IMG/VR virus record: IMGVR_UViG_3300015370_000016
Span: 1-63,165 of that record
Length of the DNA: 63,165 nucleotides
DNA from: a virus
Taxonomy: Duplodnaviria > Caudoviricetes
Direction: 5' to 3' (one strand)
The notes below the pieces were generated by a model. The model saw nothing but the letters and a program-made list of their open reading frames with translations, ran no database searches and was not told the DNA's origin. Positions within the stretch are counted from its first letter, which is position 1. Every line of letters starts with the position of its first letter. This document shows, piece by piece, positions 17,898 to 27,749 of this stretch. The position numbers were made by a program, and so were the translations under genes.

Positions 17898-20501
17898 TCA
17901 TTTTATCAACTTATCGTTTTCTTTAACAATATAATACACTTCTAACCATAAGTCAAACTTATCTTCTATTTCAACCCACTTGCTTTCTTCATTTTTAGTC
18001 ATAGAATTCTTTTTTGTAACTTTTTTGAATAATAAAATATCACCTTTATTTATAGGAAATTCATTATAAACTTTCTTCTTTATTTTAAATGTTTTTCTCT
18101 CTCCTGTCAAGAGATTTTGAAATTCTATTTTTGGTGAATATTTTAAATCTATTTCTAATGCTACCGCATAATTTTTGTTTACAGGAAAATTGGTTTGAAT
18201 CTCATTTAGGATTTGTAGCTCATTCTTTATTTGTTCTTGAATTGAATAGTTCTTATTGGGAAGTTCATCCCATATTTTTTGTAGTTCAGGAACTCTTTTT
18301 TCTTTTGTTTTATCAGTGTGTGTTTTAGAATATCTATTTTTGCCTGAAGTGAATTCTTTATAAAATTCATGGAGTTTTTTATTTTTACCAAATTCTTCAA
18401 AGTACCTTATTTTTATTAGATCTTCAAATTTGGAAGATATGTAGGAGTTGTCTTCTGAAAATATTAGGAGGTCGAGGAATGTTTTTCCTTTAAATTCTCT
18501 ATGAATAGTCAATAAGTTCTGAACTACTATCGTGCTTAGACCCTTTATCTTATTTAATTTACTTAATATTTTTTCTATTTCTGGATCTGGTTTTTCTATT
18601 TTAATTTCGTCTTCAGAAATATCATTAATAGAAAAATCTATCTCTGTATCTTTGTTAGATTCAATGTCGTTTATATATTTATACGCTTCTTCTACATAAA
18701 AATCATAATCTATATTATAAGTATCAATTGGGACATTCTTATCGTAATCATTTAGAACTTTAGTTAATTGATCTACAAATAATCCGATTGTACTGCCATC
18801 TGCTTTTCTTCTTTTTATTAGTTTTCCACCATTCTTACTAATATAAAATCTATTATTTTTTTGTAAAATTTCAATTTTATCGTCTTTGTGAAATTCCATT
18901 TGAAAATCTGTTCCTGCTTTTTGAGATATACAAAAATCTAAAACACCTTTAGATTCTTTATATGTTTCTAAAACAGGTTTTTCATTAATAAAATATTCAT
19001 ACATTGCTACAGCAACAATAGGATATTTGTAACCTTTTTTAATGTTTATTTCTTTTATATATCTTCCCTTTTCTTTTGTTTCATTATTTATTTTTTTAGA
19101 GATATAATTATTAACGTCAGATCTAATGTACAAAGAATAAGGAGTATATTCTAATTCAAAGTTTGTTCTTTTCTCCCATTCTTTACATATTTCATAATAT
19201 TTTTTTTCTAAATCTCTTGGTATTTTACAAATTATTCCATCTGTATTAGCTGATATAGTAGGTATTCCTTCTAAAGCTAAAGATTCTATTAGTCCCAACA
19301 AATATAATTGACCAGATAGAGTAACACTAATCATGGCTTTAGCATCTTCTAACCAAAATGTATTACTGCCTAATTTCCCAAAAATAGAATTAATTGTGAT
19401 TTTTAAACCATCAGCCTTAACTTTATCTCCCGTGTGTTTAGCTTCCAATCTTTCTTTAGTTATTTTATCTAATACTTTTAAAAATCCTTCATCTAAATGC
19501 GCAGGAATAATTTTCTCATTTAGTATGATATTAGGATAATAGCTTGAAACATCGCAGTCTTGAATTAGATAATTATCATCTGTTTCAAATAATCTAGCAT
19601 CATCTACACTATGCAATCCTCCAATACCTAGTTCGTATTTACATCCTGCAAATTCTATTTGTTTTTTATATCTGTAATTAGTATCTTTACGAACAAGGGT
19701 ATTTTCTATCTCCAACTTTACTTTTTTTAATTTATTTGTTTTAAATTCTATTTTATCTGATATACATTCAGATAGCATAAATTGATCTCTTTTTGTTCGT
19801 AAATTTCTAATAGTATTTATATCTAAATTCAATTCTTTAGAATAAATTTCTTCCAATAAAACATTAGCCATTTTACTATCACTAGCATTATTTAAATCAA
19901 CTTTAAATAGTTCACCTAAATCTTTTCTTAAGTTTATTAATGGAAGTATTTTTTTATATAACTCAAAAGTAATCAGAACATCATTAAAGTTGTAATTTAA
20001 TATAGTATTAACTTGTTCTTTTTTTATTAATGTATCATATTCTAAGGGAAGATCTTGTACTTTATGCCATTTTAAGTTAATGGATGTTTGTTTTAAACTT
20101 ATTCCTAGTTTGTCAAAAGCAAGTATTTTCATTAAATCCAATTGATAATAAGGAAGTTCTTTTCCAGGGAATTGTAGTTCTCTAATTTCTTTATCGAATC
20201 TAAAATTATCAGAAACTAATTTACTGGATATTCTAAATATGTTAGTTAATAAATCATCTACTGACAATTCCATATTTTCAATAATATAGTATAGAATAGC
20301 ACCATCATAATAAATATTATTATATCCTATTATTTGAATATTTCTGTTTAAGAAATTGAATAATTTTGTAGTATCATTTCTGTTTTCAAATATGATAAAG
20401 GTTTCTTTTCGCTGAGTATCTATATCTAAAAATATGGAAGAAAAGAAATTAGGAAATACTTCAATATCGTAAACATATTTTTTTTCAAAATTGGTGATCA
20501 T
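17898..20501 (-). CDS. Phage family-B-like DNA polymerase with a DnaE-like C-terminal extension
   Basis: Exonuclease YDIE, GYN..YD; DVSSYYPN, KITINSIFGK, ANTDG; C-terminal KIKGLS...FLDLL...LIKIRYFEEFG. Confidence 0.8.
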   Translation of the reverse strand: MITNFEKKYVYDIEVFPNFFSSIFLDIDTQRKETFIIFENRNDTTKLFNFLNRNIQIIGYNNIYYDGAILYYIIENMELSVDDLLTNIFRISSKLVSDNFRFDKEIRELQFPGKELPYYQLDLMKILAFDKLGISLKQTSINLKWHKVQDLPLEYDTLIKKEQVNTILNYNFNDVLITFELYKKILPLINLRKDLGELFKVDLNNASDSKMANVLLEEIYSKELNLDINTIRNLRTKRDQFMLSECISDKIEFKTNKLKKVKLEIENTLVRKDTNYRYKKQIEFAGCKYELGIGGLHSVDDARLFETDDNYLIQDCDVSSYYPNIILNEKIIPAHLDEGFLKVLDKITKERLEAKHTGDKVKADGLKITINSIFGKLGSNTFWLEDAKAMISVTLSGQLYLLGLIESLALEGIPTISANTDGIICKIPRDLEKKYYEICKEWEKRTNFELEYTPYSLYIRSDVNNYISKKINNETKEKGRYIKEINIKKGYKYPIVAVAMYEYFINEKPVLETYKESKGVLDFCISQKAGTDFQMEFHKDDKIEILQKNNRFYISKNGGKLIKRRKADGSTIGLFVDQLTKVLNDYDKNVPIDTYNIDYDFYVEEAYKYINDIESNKDTEIDFSINDISEDEIKIEKPDPEIEKILSKLNKIKGLSTIVVQNLLTIHREFKGKTFLDLLIFSEDNSYISSKFEDLIKIRYFEEFGKNKKLHEFYKEFTSGKNRYSKTHTDKTKEKRVPELQKIWDELPNKNYSIQEQIKNELQILNEIQTNFPVNKNYAVALEIDLKYSPKIEFQNLLTGERKTFKIKKKVYNEFPINKGDILLFKKVTKKNSMTKNEESKWVEIEDKFDLWLEVYYIVKENDKLIK

Positions 20502-20503
20502 AT

Positions 20504-21031
20504 TTATTCTATACCATATTCTTTAAATAAATTCTTTTGTGGAGAAAATTCTTTAAAATGTTTTAATTCTAATTTTAGTCTATTAATTATTGCTTCTTCT
20601 TTTGTTTTTACTATTCTTCCATATCTTTTCCCATTATAAGTTAGATAAAAATGCCAGGTTTCATCTTCTGTTTTACTTATTCCAATAATTCCAGAAGAAT
20701 TATCAAATCTTTTTCCTGAATTTATATTATTGAATTGCCTGTTAACTAATCTTAGATTTTTATTTCTATTATCTAATCTATTTCTATCTATATGATCTAC
20801 AATTATAGAATCATCATTATGAACATCTAACAAATATCTGTGAAATAGGACATTTCTAATTCTTTCATCTTTTTTTAATCTGGCAATTCCATAATCATGA
20901 TTCCCTATAGACCAAGTAAGATTCTTTACTTTATCATATTTATCTGGACTAAAATATATTATTTTTCCTTTATAATCTGTAAGACTCATTATGGTATCAC
21001 TTATAAGTTTGTATGTATTTATACCTGCCAT
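20504..21031 (-). CDS. HNH homing endonuclease
   Basis: FHR.L...VDHIDRNRLDNR..NLR...N..N; C-terminal AP2-like region. Confidence 0.9.
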   Translation of the reverse strand: MAGINTYKLISDTIMSLTDYKGKIIYFSPDKYDKVKNLTWSIGNHDYGIARLKKDERIRNVLFHRYLLDVHNDDSIIVDHIDRNRLDNRNKNLRLVNRQFNNINSGKRFDNSSGIIGISKTEDETWHFYLTYNGKRYGRIVKTKEEAIINRLKLELKHFKEFSPQKNLFKEYGIE

Positions 21032-21035
21032 TATA

Positions 21036-22757
21036 TTATCCCATTACTTCATAATCAACCACAATACATTGAGGAATTCTAATTCCACCATATTCGTTAA
21101 TACTTAATTTGCATATGGCATTAATCTTTAAATTTGCTCCAGACCAATCATTTTGCCTTGCTTGTAAAATAGCATCATCTTGATTATTTTTAAATTTGAT
21201 AAATTGGATTTCATTATTGTACAAGAACTTCCATGTATCTTCTGTTTTTCCCATGAGTTCAATATCGTTTGTATTTACTGGAATGTTCCTTATTAATACC
21301 AAACTTTCTTCAATTCCATTTCCATAATAATCATATAGTTCATTCATATCTTTAATGATTTCTATGGTTAGATTTTCTATGTCAATTTCAAAATCTATAT
21401 AATGAATAAATTCACCAAAATTAATATCTTTTAATTCTTCGTTTATTTTTTCAAGTGCTGGTTTTATGTTTTCTATTTTTATACCCAATCCGAAGCTCGA
21501 TGGATGCCCTTGTGCATATTCAAATAAACCCGTTTCCAATAAATAATCTTTTAGATTTTCAATTTGATTTCCATAATTCCTAGCAGAACCAGCAAAAATA
21601 TTATCTCTACCCTTTCTAATCAATAAACATGGTTTCTGATATTCTGAAGCCAGTTTCATAGCCGTTAAGCCCGTAAAACTATAATCCACTCCGTCAGCAT
21701 CAACAAATAAAATCTTGTTTTTATTCCATTCATTTTTCTCAATCAAACCACGTAAATACTCCAATGACTTATCTATTTCTCTATTCTGTTTTGCTTTCAG
21801 ATTAGTAGCCAACCTAGCAACCATCTCTTGCATAGTTTCTTGAATCTCTTCTCCGCTTCGTTTCTTATATGGAAAAGTTGTTGTATCTCCAATAAACGCC
21901 TTAAACATCAATTCTTTTTCTTCTAAAGAACCTGATCTAATCAACGCATTGATCAATGGAGAAATATAAAAAGCAACTATATTTACATTAATATTGTCTG
22001 TATTTCCAATTGAATAAGATTGTTTTTCTATGATTACTTGAATAAATTTATTTCTAATATTTTTCAAACCTTTAGTTACCAAATATCTATTTTCATATTC
22101 TAAAATCGACATAGAATCCGCAATAATAGACATAGCAACTAAATCATCAAAATCACTAGAGTCATCCCAAAATTCAGTATCTAAACTTTCTAAGAATTTT
22201 TTAGTTACTCCTGCTCCACTAAGGAACTTATTTGGATATTCTCCTAATTGGTTATTTACAACAACAGCATAAGGATTTTCTACTTCTACCTGGTGATGAT
22301 CTAAAATAATAGTTTGAATTCCTTTTTCCTGTAAAATTTTACATTCTTCAACATCGTTTGTTCCTGCATCTGGAACTATAAGAAGATTAATTTTTGATTT
22401 TAGAATTTGTTGTAATAGATCATGAATACCGTGTTGTTTTTTGGTATGAATAAAATAAGTTAATTTGGATGAGTCATAATTTCTTGATAGGTATTGATAG
22501 AGAATTGATGCTGAAGCGAATCCATCTGAATCGCTATCGCAAATAATTCCAATTTTTCCTTTATTCTTTATAGTTTCTAATAAAAGATTTTTAGCCTCAT
22601 CTATATTTTCTAATAAGGAATAATTATGGACATTATCTTTTGTAAGCGATAAATATTCTCTAGGATTTTCAATATTCCTATTTAATAAAACAAATTCCTT
22701 AATTGTTTTATTTTCCAGTTCTTTTTCGTAATTTTTATTCAATAATTTATAATTCAT
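21036..22757 (-). CDS. recJ: RecJ-like DHH ssDNA exonuclease (SPbeta YorK-like)
   Basis: DSDSDG, HG, PDAG, LDHH, SGAGV, GSAR, GH; likely start MNYK at 22757. Confidence 0.9.
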   Translation of the reverse strand: MNYKLLNKNYEKELENKTIKEFVLLNRNIENPREYLSLTKDNVHNYSLLENIDEAKNLLLETIKNKGKIGIICDSDSDGFASASILYQYLSRNYDSSKLTYFIHTKKQHGIHDLLQQILKSKINLLIVPDAGTNDVEECKILQEKGIQTIILDHHQVEVENPYAVVVNNQLGEYPNKFLSGAGVTKKFLESLDTEFWDDSSDFDDLVAMSIIADSMSILEYENRYLVTKGLKNIRNKFIQVIIEKQSYSIGNTDNINVNIVAFYISPLINALIRSGSLEEKELMFKAFIGDTTTFPYKKRSGEEIQETMQEMVARLATNLKAKQNREIDKSLEYLRGLIEKNEWNKNKILFVDADGVDYSFTGLTAMKLASEYQKPCLLIRKGRDNIFAGSARNYGNQIENLKDYLLETGLFEYAQGHPSSFGLGIKIENIKPALEKINEELKDINFGEFIHYIDFEIDIENLTIEIIKDMNELYDYYGNGIEESLVLIRNIPVNTNDIELMGKTEDTWKFLYNNEIQFIKFKNNQDDAILQARQNDWSGANLKINAICKLSINEYGGIRIPQCIVVDYEVMG

Positions 22758-23523
22758 TTGCTTTCTCCAATCTATCTTTACTAATTTCACAATACTCTTC
22801 TTCTTTTTCAATTCCATAACATTTACGTTTTAAATTTTTCGCAGCCAATAAGGTTGTACCTGAACCACAGGTAAAATCAAGAATTGTGTCACCTTCATTA
22901 GTGTAGGATTTTATCAACCACTCCATTAACTCTATTGGTTTTTGAGTTGGGTGCAAATTAGTTCCCAATCCTTTTCTATTATCTGGAAAACAGGTTCTAA
23001 TCGTTGTTGGAGTTCTTGTTGTTTTGTTTTCAAATGGAACTCTCTTTAATAATCCTTTTGCTCCTAGTTCGCTACTTTTTCTATGCGCCCTTTTATCTGA
23101 ATAACTTTTAAACCCTTCATCATCAAATCTATTATATGATATTTTCCCTTCATTGAAAACAGCGATATTTTCATGAACTGTTATGGGTTTATTATTTGCT
23201 TGTGCAAAATCTGTTCCTGCGTTTTTGTCCCATATAATCTCATATCTAAATATTTTTTCGTTACTACAAATTAACTTAGAAAAAAATGGATTTCTGCCAA
23301 ATAAAATAATGGTGGAATTTATATTTCTTTTTAAAGCATTCAATTTATCCCACATTTCTTCAAAAGGTATAACGACATCCCACTTGCAGGCAGTAGTTCC
23401 ATAGGGAGGATCGGTGATAATAGCATCAAACTTTAAGTTTTTTTCTATCATTTTCTGCATTGTTTCAATGGCTTCTCCGTGTAACAACGTACAATACTCA
23501 TCTTTATAATATAATTTTGCCAA
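22747..23523 (-). CDS. N6A/N4C DNA methyltransferase (beta class), paralog 1
   Basis: TDPPY, HPTQKP, DFTCGSGTT. Confidence 0.9.
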   Translation of the reverse strand: MAKLYYKDEYCTLLHGEAIETMQKMIEKNLKFDAIITDPPYGTTACKWDVVIPFEEMWDKLNALKRNINSTIILFGRNPFFSKLICSNEKIFRYEIIWDKNAGTDFAQANNKPITVHENIAVFNEGKISYNRFDDEGFKSYSDKRAHRKSSELGAKGLLKRVPFENKTTRTPTTIRTCFPDNRKGLGTNLHPTQKPIELMEWLIKSYTNEGDTILDFTCGSGTTLLAAKNLKRKCYGIEKEEEYCEISKDRLEKANEL

Positions 23524-23565
23524 AATTTTACCTCCAGTATTCTTTATTTTTCTATTCTACCATAC

Positions 23566-24585
23566 TTACTTTATTTTGTAAACATTATTTTTAACCAATG
23601 TTTCCCACACTTCTCTCCTATCACTTGGAGCTTCCTTCTCTCTCAACAAATCATCTTCATCAAAAATAGCATAAATATCAATTCCATCAGTAAACCTTTC
23701 AGATATTTTTTCTATTGTTTCTTTTTTTATATCTTTATCAAAACAAAAACAAATCGGAACTCCTAACCTACTTATTTTATCTATTTGTGTTTGTCCTATT
23801 TTTGTGCCACCTGTAGCAATAGAATTATAATAACCATAAGACCATAACTGTAAAACAAATTTTTCAGCCTCCCCCACATAAACAATGCCTTGTTTTTTTA
23901 TAAATGAATGAGTTTTATGATATCCAAAGAGAATTCTATTTCTAGGACATGGATATAGATATAAATATTTCTGTTCCCATTCTTCAACATGATCTTTAAA
24001 TAATCTTCCTTTATAAGACACTAAATCTCCAATTTCAGAATGTATCGGGATCAAGATCCTGTTACTTTCATTATCATAAGATAAACCAAATTCATATTGA
24101 GTCTGATAATCTATTCCATCCTTAAGAAACATTGTGTTTCCAATCACAGGATAATATTTAATTATTTCTTCAGGTAATGGTTTTATTGGAGTATCATCTT
24201 CATCTTCTCTTTTAGAACCCGTTTTCATACTCATTAATTGTTTTGTAATCAATAACTCTTTGGGAAGTTCTTCATTAGAATCTTTATAGAAATCAACTTC
24301 CAATAAGTCACAAATCCACTTTAAGGATTCAAAAAAATTGATACCTTTATAATATTCAATTAGTGTAAATATGTCTGATGGTTCTGGCATATCTTTTGTA
24401 TAATTAATTACTTTTAGATTATCTTTATAGATTGTAACAGCATTAGGATTATCAGATGGAGGAGGATTTCCACAAGTCCAATAACCTGAATTATGAAACT
24501 TGATTTTTTGACAATTCAAATTCTCTAAAATATATTCTACTTTATCATTTTCGATAATATATTTTTTTAATTCTTTGACATCCAT
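23566..24585 (-). CDS. DNA primase (SPbeta YorJ-like, TOPRIM)
   Basis: RILIPI...G.LV..KGR, EAEK, CFDKD; adjacent to the helicase. Confidence 0.8.
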   Translation of the reverse strand: MDVKELKKYIIENDKVEYILENLNCQKIKFHNSGYWTCGNPPPSDNPNAVTIYKDNLKVINYTKDMPEPSDIFTLIEYYKGINFFESLKWICDLLEVDFYKDSNEELPKELLITKQLMSMKTGSKREDEDDTPIKPLPEEIIKYYPVIGNTMFLKDGIDYQTQYEFGLSYDNESNRILIPIHSEIGDLVSYKGRLFKDHVEEWEQKYLYLYPCPRNRILFGYHKTHSFIKKQGIVYVGEAEKFVLQLWSYGYYNSIATGGTKIGQTQIDKISRLGVPICFCFDKDIKKETIEKISERFTDGIDIYAIFDEDDLLREKEAPSDRREVWETLVKNNVYKIK

Positions 24586-24586
24586 A

Positions 24587-26113
24587 TTAGGCTCTAATAA
24601 CTATTCCAACATTATCCCATATATTATAATCCAAGTCATATTCAAATATTGGATAATTTGACTTATTACCTCCCCTATTTTTTTCGGGTTTTAACAAAAA
24701 ATATTTTTTACTTAAGTCTAATGGCATTCCTTTTGAAGTTCCCCAATAATCATTAGGAAGATATTTATATTTATGATATTCAGAGGGCATAATTCTTTTC
24801 CCTAAAAGCATATAATCCACAGGATGTTTAATTTGTTTAGCGTTAGCAATCTCATTACTACTCATATCAAAAATATCCATATGAACTGCCTGGTCAGCTA
24901 ATTGAAAAACAAACCATCCCCAAATATTTAACTCACTCATTAATTCTTTTAATTTAGTAAATGATTGTTTTACTGTCATCCAATCATCAGTCCTATAACC
25001 CTTCATGGTATCGTAGGCAACATAATCAACACCATATAAAAGCTTATGTTTTCTAATTTCAAACTCCAATGTTTGATCAGAATAATCAGTTCCCACGTTT
25101 TTAAAAAATATAAGTTTTTCTTTTCTTCCATCAATCCATTGACCGATTTTTATTATGTTCCTGTATTCTTCAGAATCTCTTTCTAACCTATTTAGAAAAT
25201 CTTCTTCACTTTCTACATAAACATCGTCATCATTTTTTTCTCTTTGAATGAATACTCCATTTTTATCTCTGTATTTTCCAAGAACAATTTCCCCTTCCAT
25301 TTTTTTCATTTTGACACCGTGCAATTCCTGGAAACATTCATTATTAACAACGGTTGTAATCAAACAAGACTTTAAATCTTCTTCATCCATTTCGTTTGAC
25401 ATAAGTAAAACAGGTTTGTTTTTCACTAATGCTATATAAGCCATGAGCATAACAAGATTTCGTGTTTTTCCTTCATTGCTAAGGAATCCAGTTAATACAG
25501 CTTTTCCCAATCTCATTCCCTTAAACATTTCATCAATAACAATCCAGGGATAGGAGAGTCCTGCTTGTGGTTTTATCACATAGGATTTAATATCTTTTTC
25601 TGCGTTTTCGTTAAGAATAACACTTTCTTGATTAGAAAGAATAACAGTATGAATTTTATCAACCTTAGAACGCATCATTTTAAAAATGTCTTGTGCGCTC
25701 CAAATATCAAACTTTTTATGGTTTACAAGTTTTTCAACATTATATCCACTTCTATGAAATTCTCTGACTAAAGAATACTTTTTTAATATGGCAAAATAAT
25801 TATCAAAATCTTCTGGATCTGATAAATTCATCCAATCATCTATTGTTTTATATCCACCATATTTTTTATATAGTTGCAATCTTTTTTCATCCATTATCAT
25901 GAATGAATTTACTTTTGTTTCATTTATTTTTTGAGATATTGTTTGATATATTATTTCAAAACAATCATATAAAAATTTCGATACTTCTCCTGCAAAGTCA
26001 TACTTTGATTTAATTGATGATCCAAATGAAATGTACAATTCTGGATTTTTATAAAAAGTTCCAACTAACGCTATTTCATTTGGAATATTTTCTAAGTCGC
26101 TTTGTTCTATCAA
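24587..26113 (-). CDS. DnaB-like replicative helicase (SPbeta YorI-like)
   Basis: SNEGKTR Walker A, SNEM, YDTMK, QL, KNRGG. Confidence 0.85.
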   Translation of the reverse strand: MIEQSDLENIPNEIALVGTFYKNPELYISFGSSIKSKYDFAGEVSKFLYDCFEIIYQTISQKINETKVNSFMIMDEKRLQLYKKYGGYKTIDDWMNLSDPEDFDNYFAILKKYSLVREFHRSGYNVEKLVNHKKFDIWSAQDIFKMMRSKVDKIHTVILSNQESVILNENAEKDIKSYVIKPQAGLSYPWIVIDEMFKGMRLGKAVLTGFLSNEGKTRNLVMLMAYIALVKNKPVLLMSNEMDEEDLKSCLITTVVNNECFQELHGVKMKKMEGEIVLGKYRDKNGVFIQREKNDDDVYVESEEDFLNRLERDSEEYRNIIKIGQWIDGRKEKLIFFKNVGTDYSDQTLEFEIRKHKLLYGVDYVAYDTMKGYRTDDWMTVKQSFTKLKELMSELNIWGWFVFQLADQAVHMDIFDMSSNEIANAKQIKHPVDYMLLGKRIMPSEYHKYKYLPNDYWGTSKGMPLDLSKKYFLLKPEKNRGGNKSNYPIFEYDLDYNIWDNVGIVIRA

Positions 26114-26115
26114 TT

Positions 26116-26760
26116 TTAAATCTCCTCCAAATATTCAGATAAGTCTTTATTGTTGTTTGTAATATTTTGTTCGATTCCCATAGAATTTCTAAAATTATTT
26201 GTTGGTTGTGAAGATTCTATGGATTGCATTATTTCTATTTGTTGTTCCTCCTGTTTTCTCTTCCATTCATAATAGCTACTTGATTTATTTATTATAACAC
26301 TTAAGTCATAGTTGAGTCTACTTTCTGGACTTAATTTTTTTCCTTTATTGATATTGTTAATATTAATTTGTTCTAAGTTATGCCATTGTCTTTTAAACAT
26401 ATCCAGAATATCTTCTGGAGGAATTTTCGTATTAATATCTTTCCAACTTCCATTGTGTATATCAGCTAACTTTTGATATATGTAAGTTGGAATTACTATT
26501 AAATTATATTTTCTTTGTAACCATAAATATAAATGATTCTTATTAATTATTTCATTTATAAAATCTTTATTTTCTTTTATCAGTTGATCTGCTAAATCTT
26601 CTGCTTCTTGCTGAGTTGGAGTATTACGTTTCTTGCTTGTTTCTTTCTCTATAAAACAATCATAGTGATAATATTTTTTACTTTGAAGAACTGTTTTTAG
26701 CTCTTTTTCTAATTCGATATTTTCTTTACACAATCCACACTTCCGAGTGGTGATAATCAT
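26116..26760 (-). CDS. Hypothetical replication protein (SPbeta YorH position)
   Basis: N-terminal CxxC...HxxC; synteny. Confidence 0.6.
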   Translation of the reverse strand: MIITTRKCGLCKENIELEKELKTVLQSKKYYHYDCFIEKETSKKRNTPTQQEAEDLADQLIKENKDFINEIINKNHLYLWLQRKYNLIVIPTYIYQKLADIHNGSWKDINTKIPPEDILDMFKRQWHNLEQININNINKGKKLSPESRLNYDLSVIINKSSSYYEWKRKQEEQQIEIMQSIESSQPTNNFRNSMGIEQNITNNNKDLSEYLEEI

Positions 26761-26800
26761 TTTACCTCCCGAAGTTATTATTTTTATCTTTTTGTTTTTT

Positions 26801-27547
26801 TTATTCTAAAGAATTTTTGATCCTATTTACCGTAATTTCACAATACTTTTCTTCTTTTTCAATTCCATAACATTTACGTTTTAAATTTTTTGCAGCTAAC
26901 AAAGTCGTTCCCGATCCGCAAGTGAAGTCTAGAATTGTATCTCCTTCATTTGTATAAGTTTTTATTAAATATTCCATAAGCAATATTGGTTTTTGTGTTG
27001 GATGTTTAGTTTTTTTATCTCTATTGAATTTTAAAATATTTAATGGATATTTTTCATAACGAATTTCTTTATTCCCAATAAATACTTGATCCTTATAGGT
27101 ATTGCTTGAATTTCCACCACTTGATTTTATTGGTTTATCTGTTTTTATCATTTGGGGATTATAAGTTGGTTGATTTTTATAAAATATGGAAATATTTTCC
27201 GTACATTGTCCAAATTGATTTTTTAAAAATAAAAAATTTGTTGCTTGTTCTTTTTCCCATATTAATTCATAACGGTATTCTTTTATATTTGAAACATTTA
27301 ATAAAGACGTAAAAGGATTTTTTCCAAACAAACAAATTGCTGAATTATTTTTTCTGATAGAAAAAATAAATTTCCACATATCTTCAAAGGGAATAATTAC
27401 GTCCCATTTACATTGAGTTGTTCCATACGGAGGATCGGTAATAATAGCATCAAATTTTATTTTTTTTTCTATCATTCTCTGCATTGTTTCAATGGCTTCT
27501 CCGTGAAGTAAGGTACAATATTCATCTTCATAATATAATTTAATCAA
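26801..27547 (-). CDS. N6A/N4C DNA methyltransferase (beta class), paralog 2
   Basis: TDPPY, HPTQKP, DFTCGSGTT; termini nearly identical to paralog 1. Confidence 0.9.
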   Translation of the reverse strand: MIKLYYEDEYCTLLHGEAIETMQRMIEKKIKFDAIITDPPYGTTQCKWDVIIPFEDMWKFIFSIRKNNSAICLFGKNPFTSLLNVSNIKEYRYELIWEKEQATNFLFLKNQFGQCTENISIFYKNQPTYNPQMIKTDKPIKSSGGNSSNTYKDQVFIGNKEIRYEKYPLNILKFNRDKKTKHPTQKPILLMEYLIKTYTNEGDTILDFTCGSGTTLLAAKNLKRKCYGIEKEEKYCEITVNRIKNSLE

Positions 27548-27578
27548 AATTTTACCTCTTTATTTATCTTTTTGTTTT

Positions 27579-27614
27579 AAAATAGGGAAGAATTTTATTC
27601 TTCTTCCCTATTTT
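27579..27614. terminator. Intrinsic terminator
   Basis: AAAATAGGGAAGAA/TTCTTCCCTATTTT hairpin. Confidence 0.75.
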
Positions 27615-27749
27615 ACTGAATTCTACCAATAATACACCTATAAAGTTATCTACCAATAATATACCATTAAAAACGCCCTAAATCGCCTAAAACCTGCCTC
27701 TAACAGCCTTCTAAAACCAATAAAATGAACATTTTATTTTTTATTCAAA

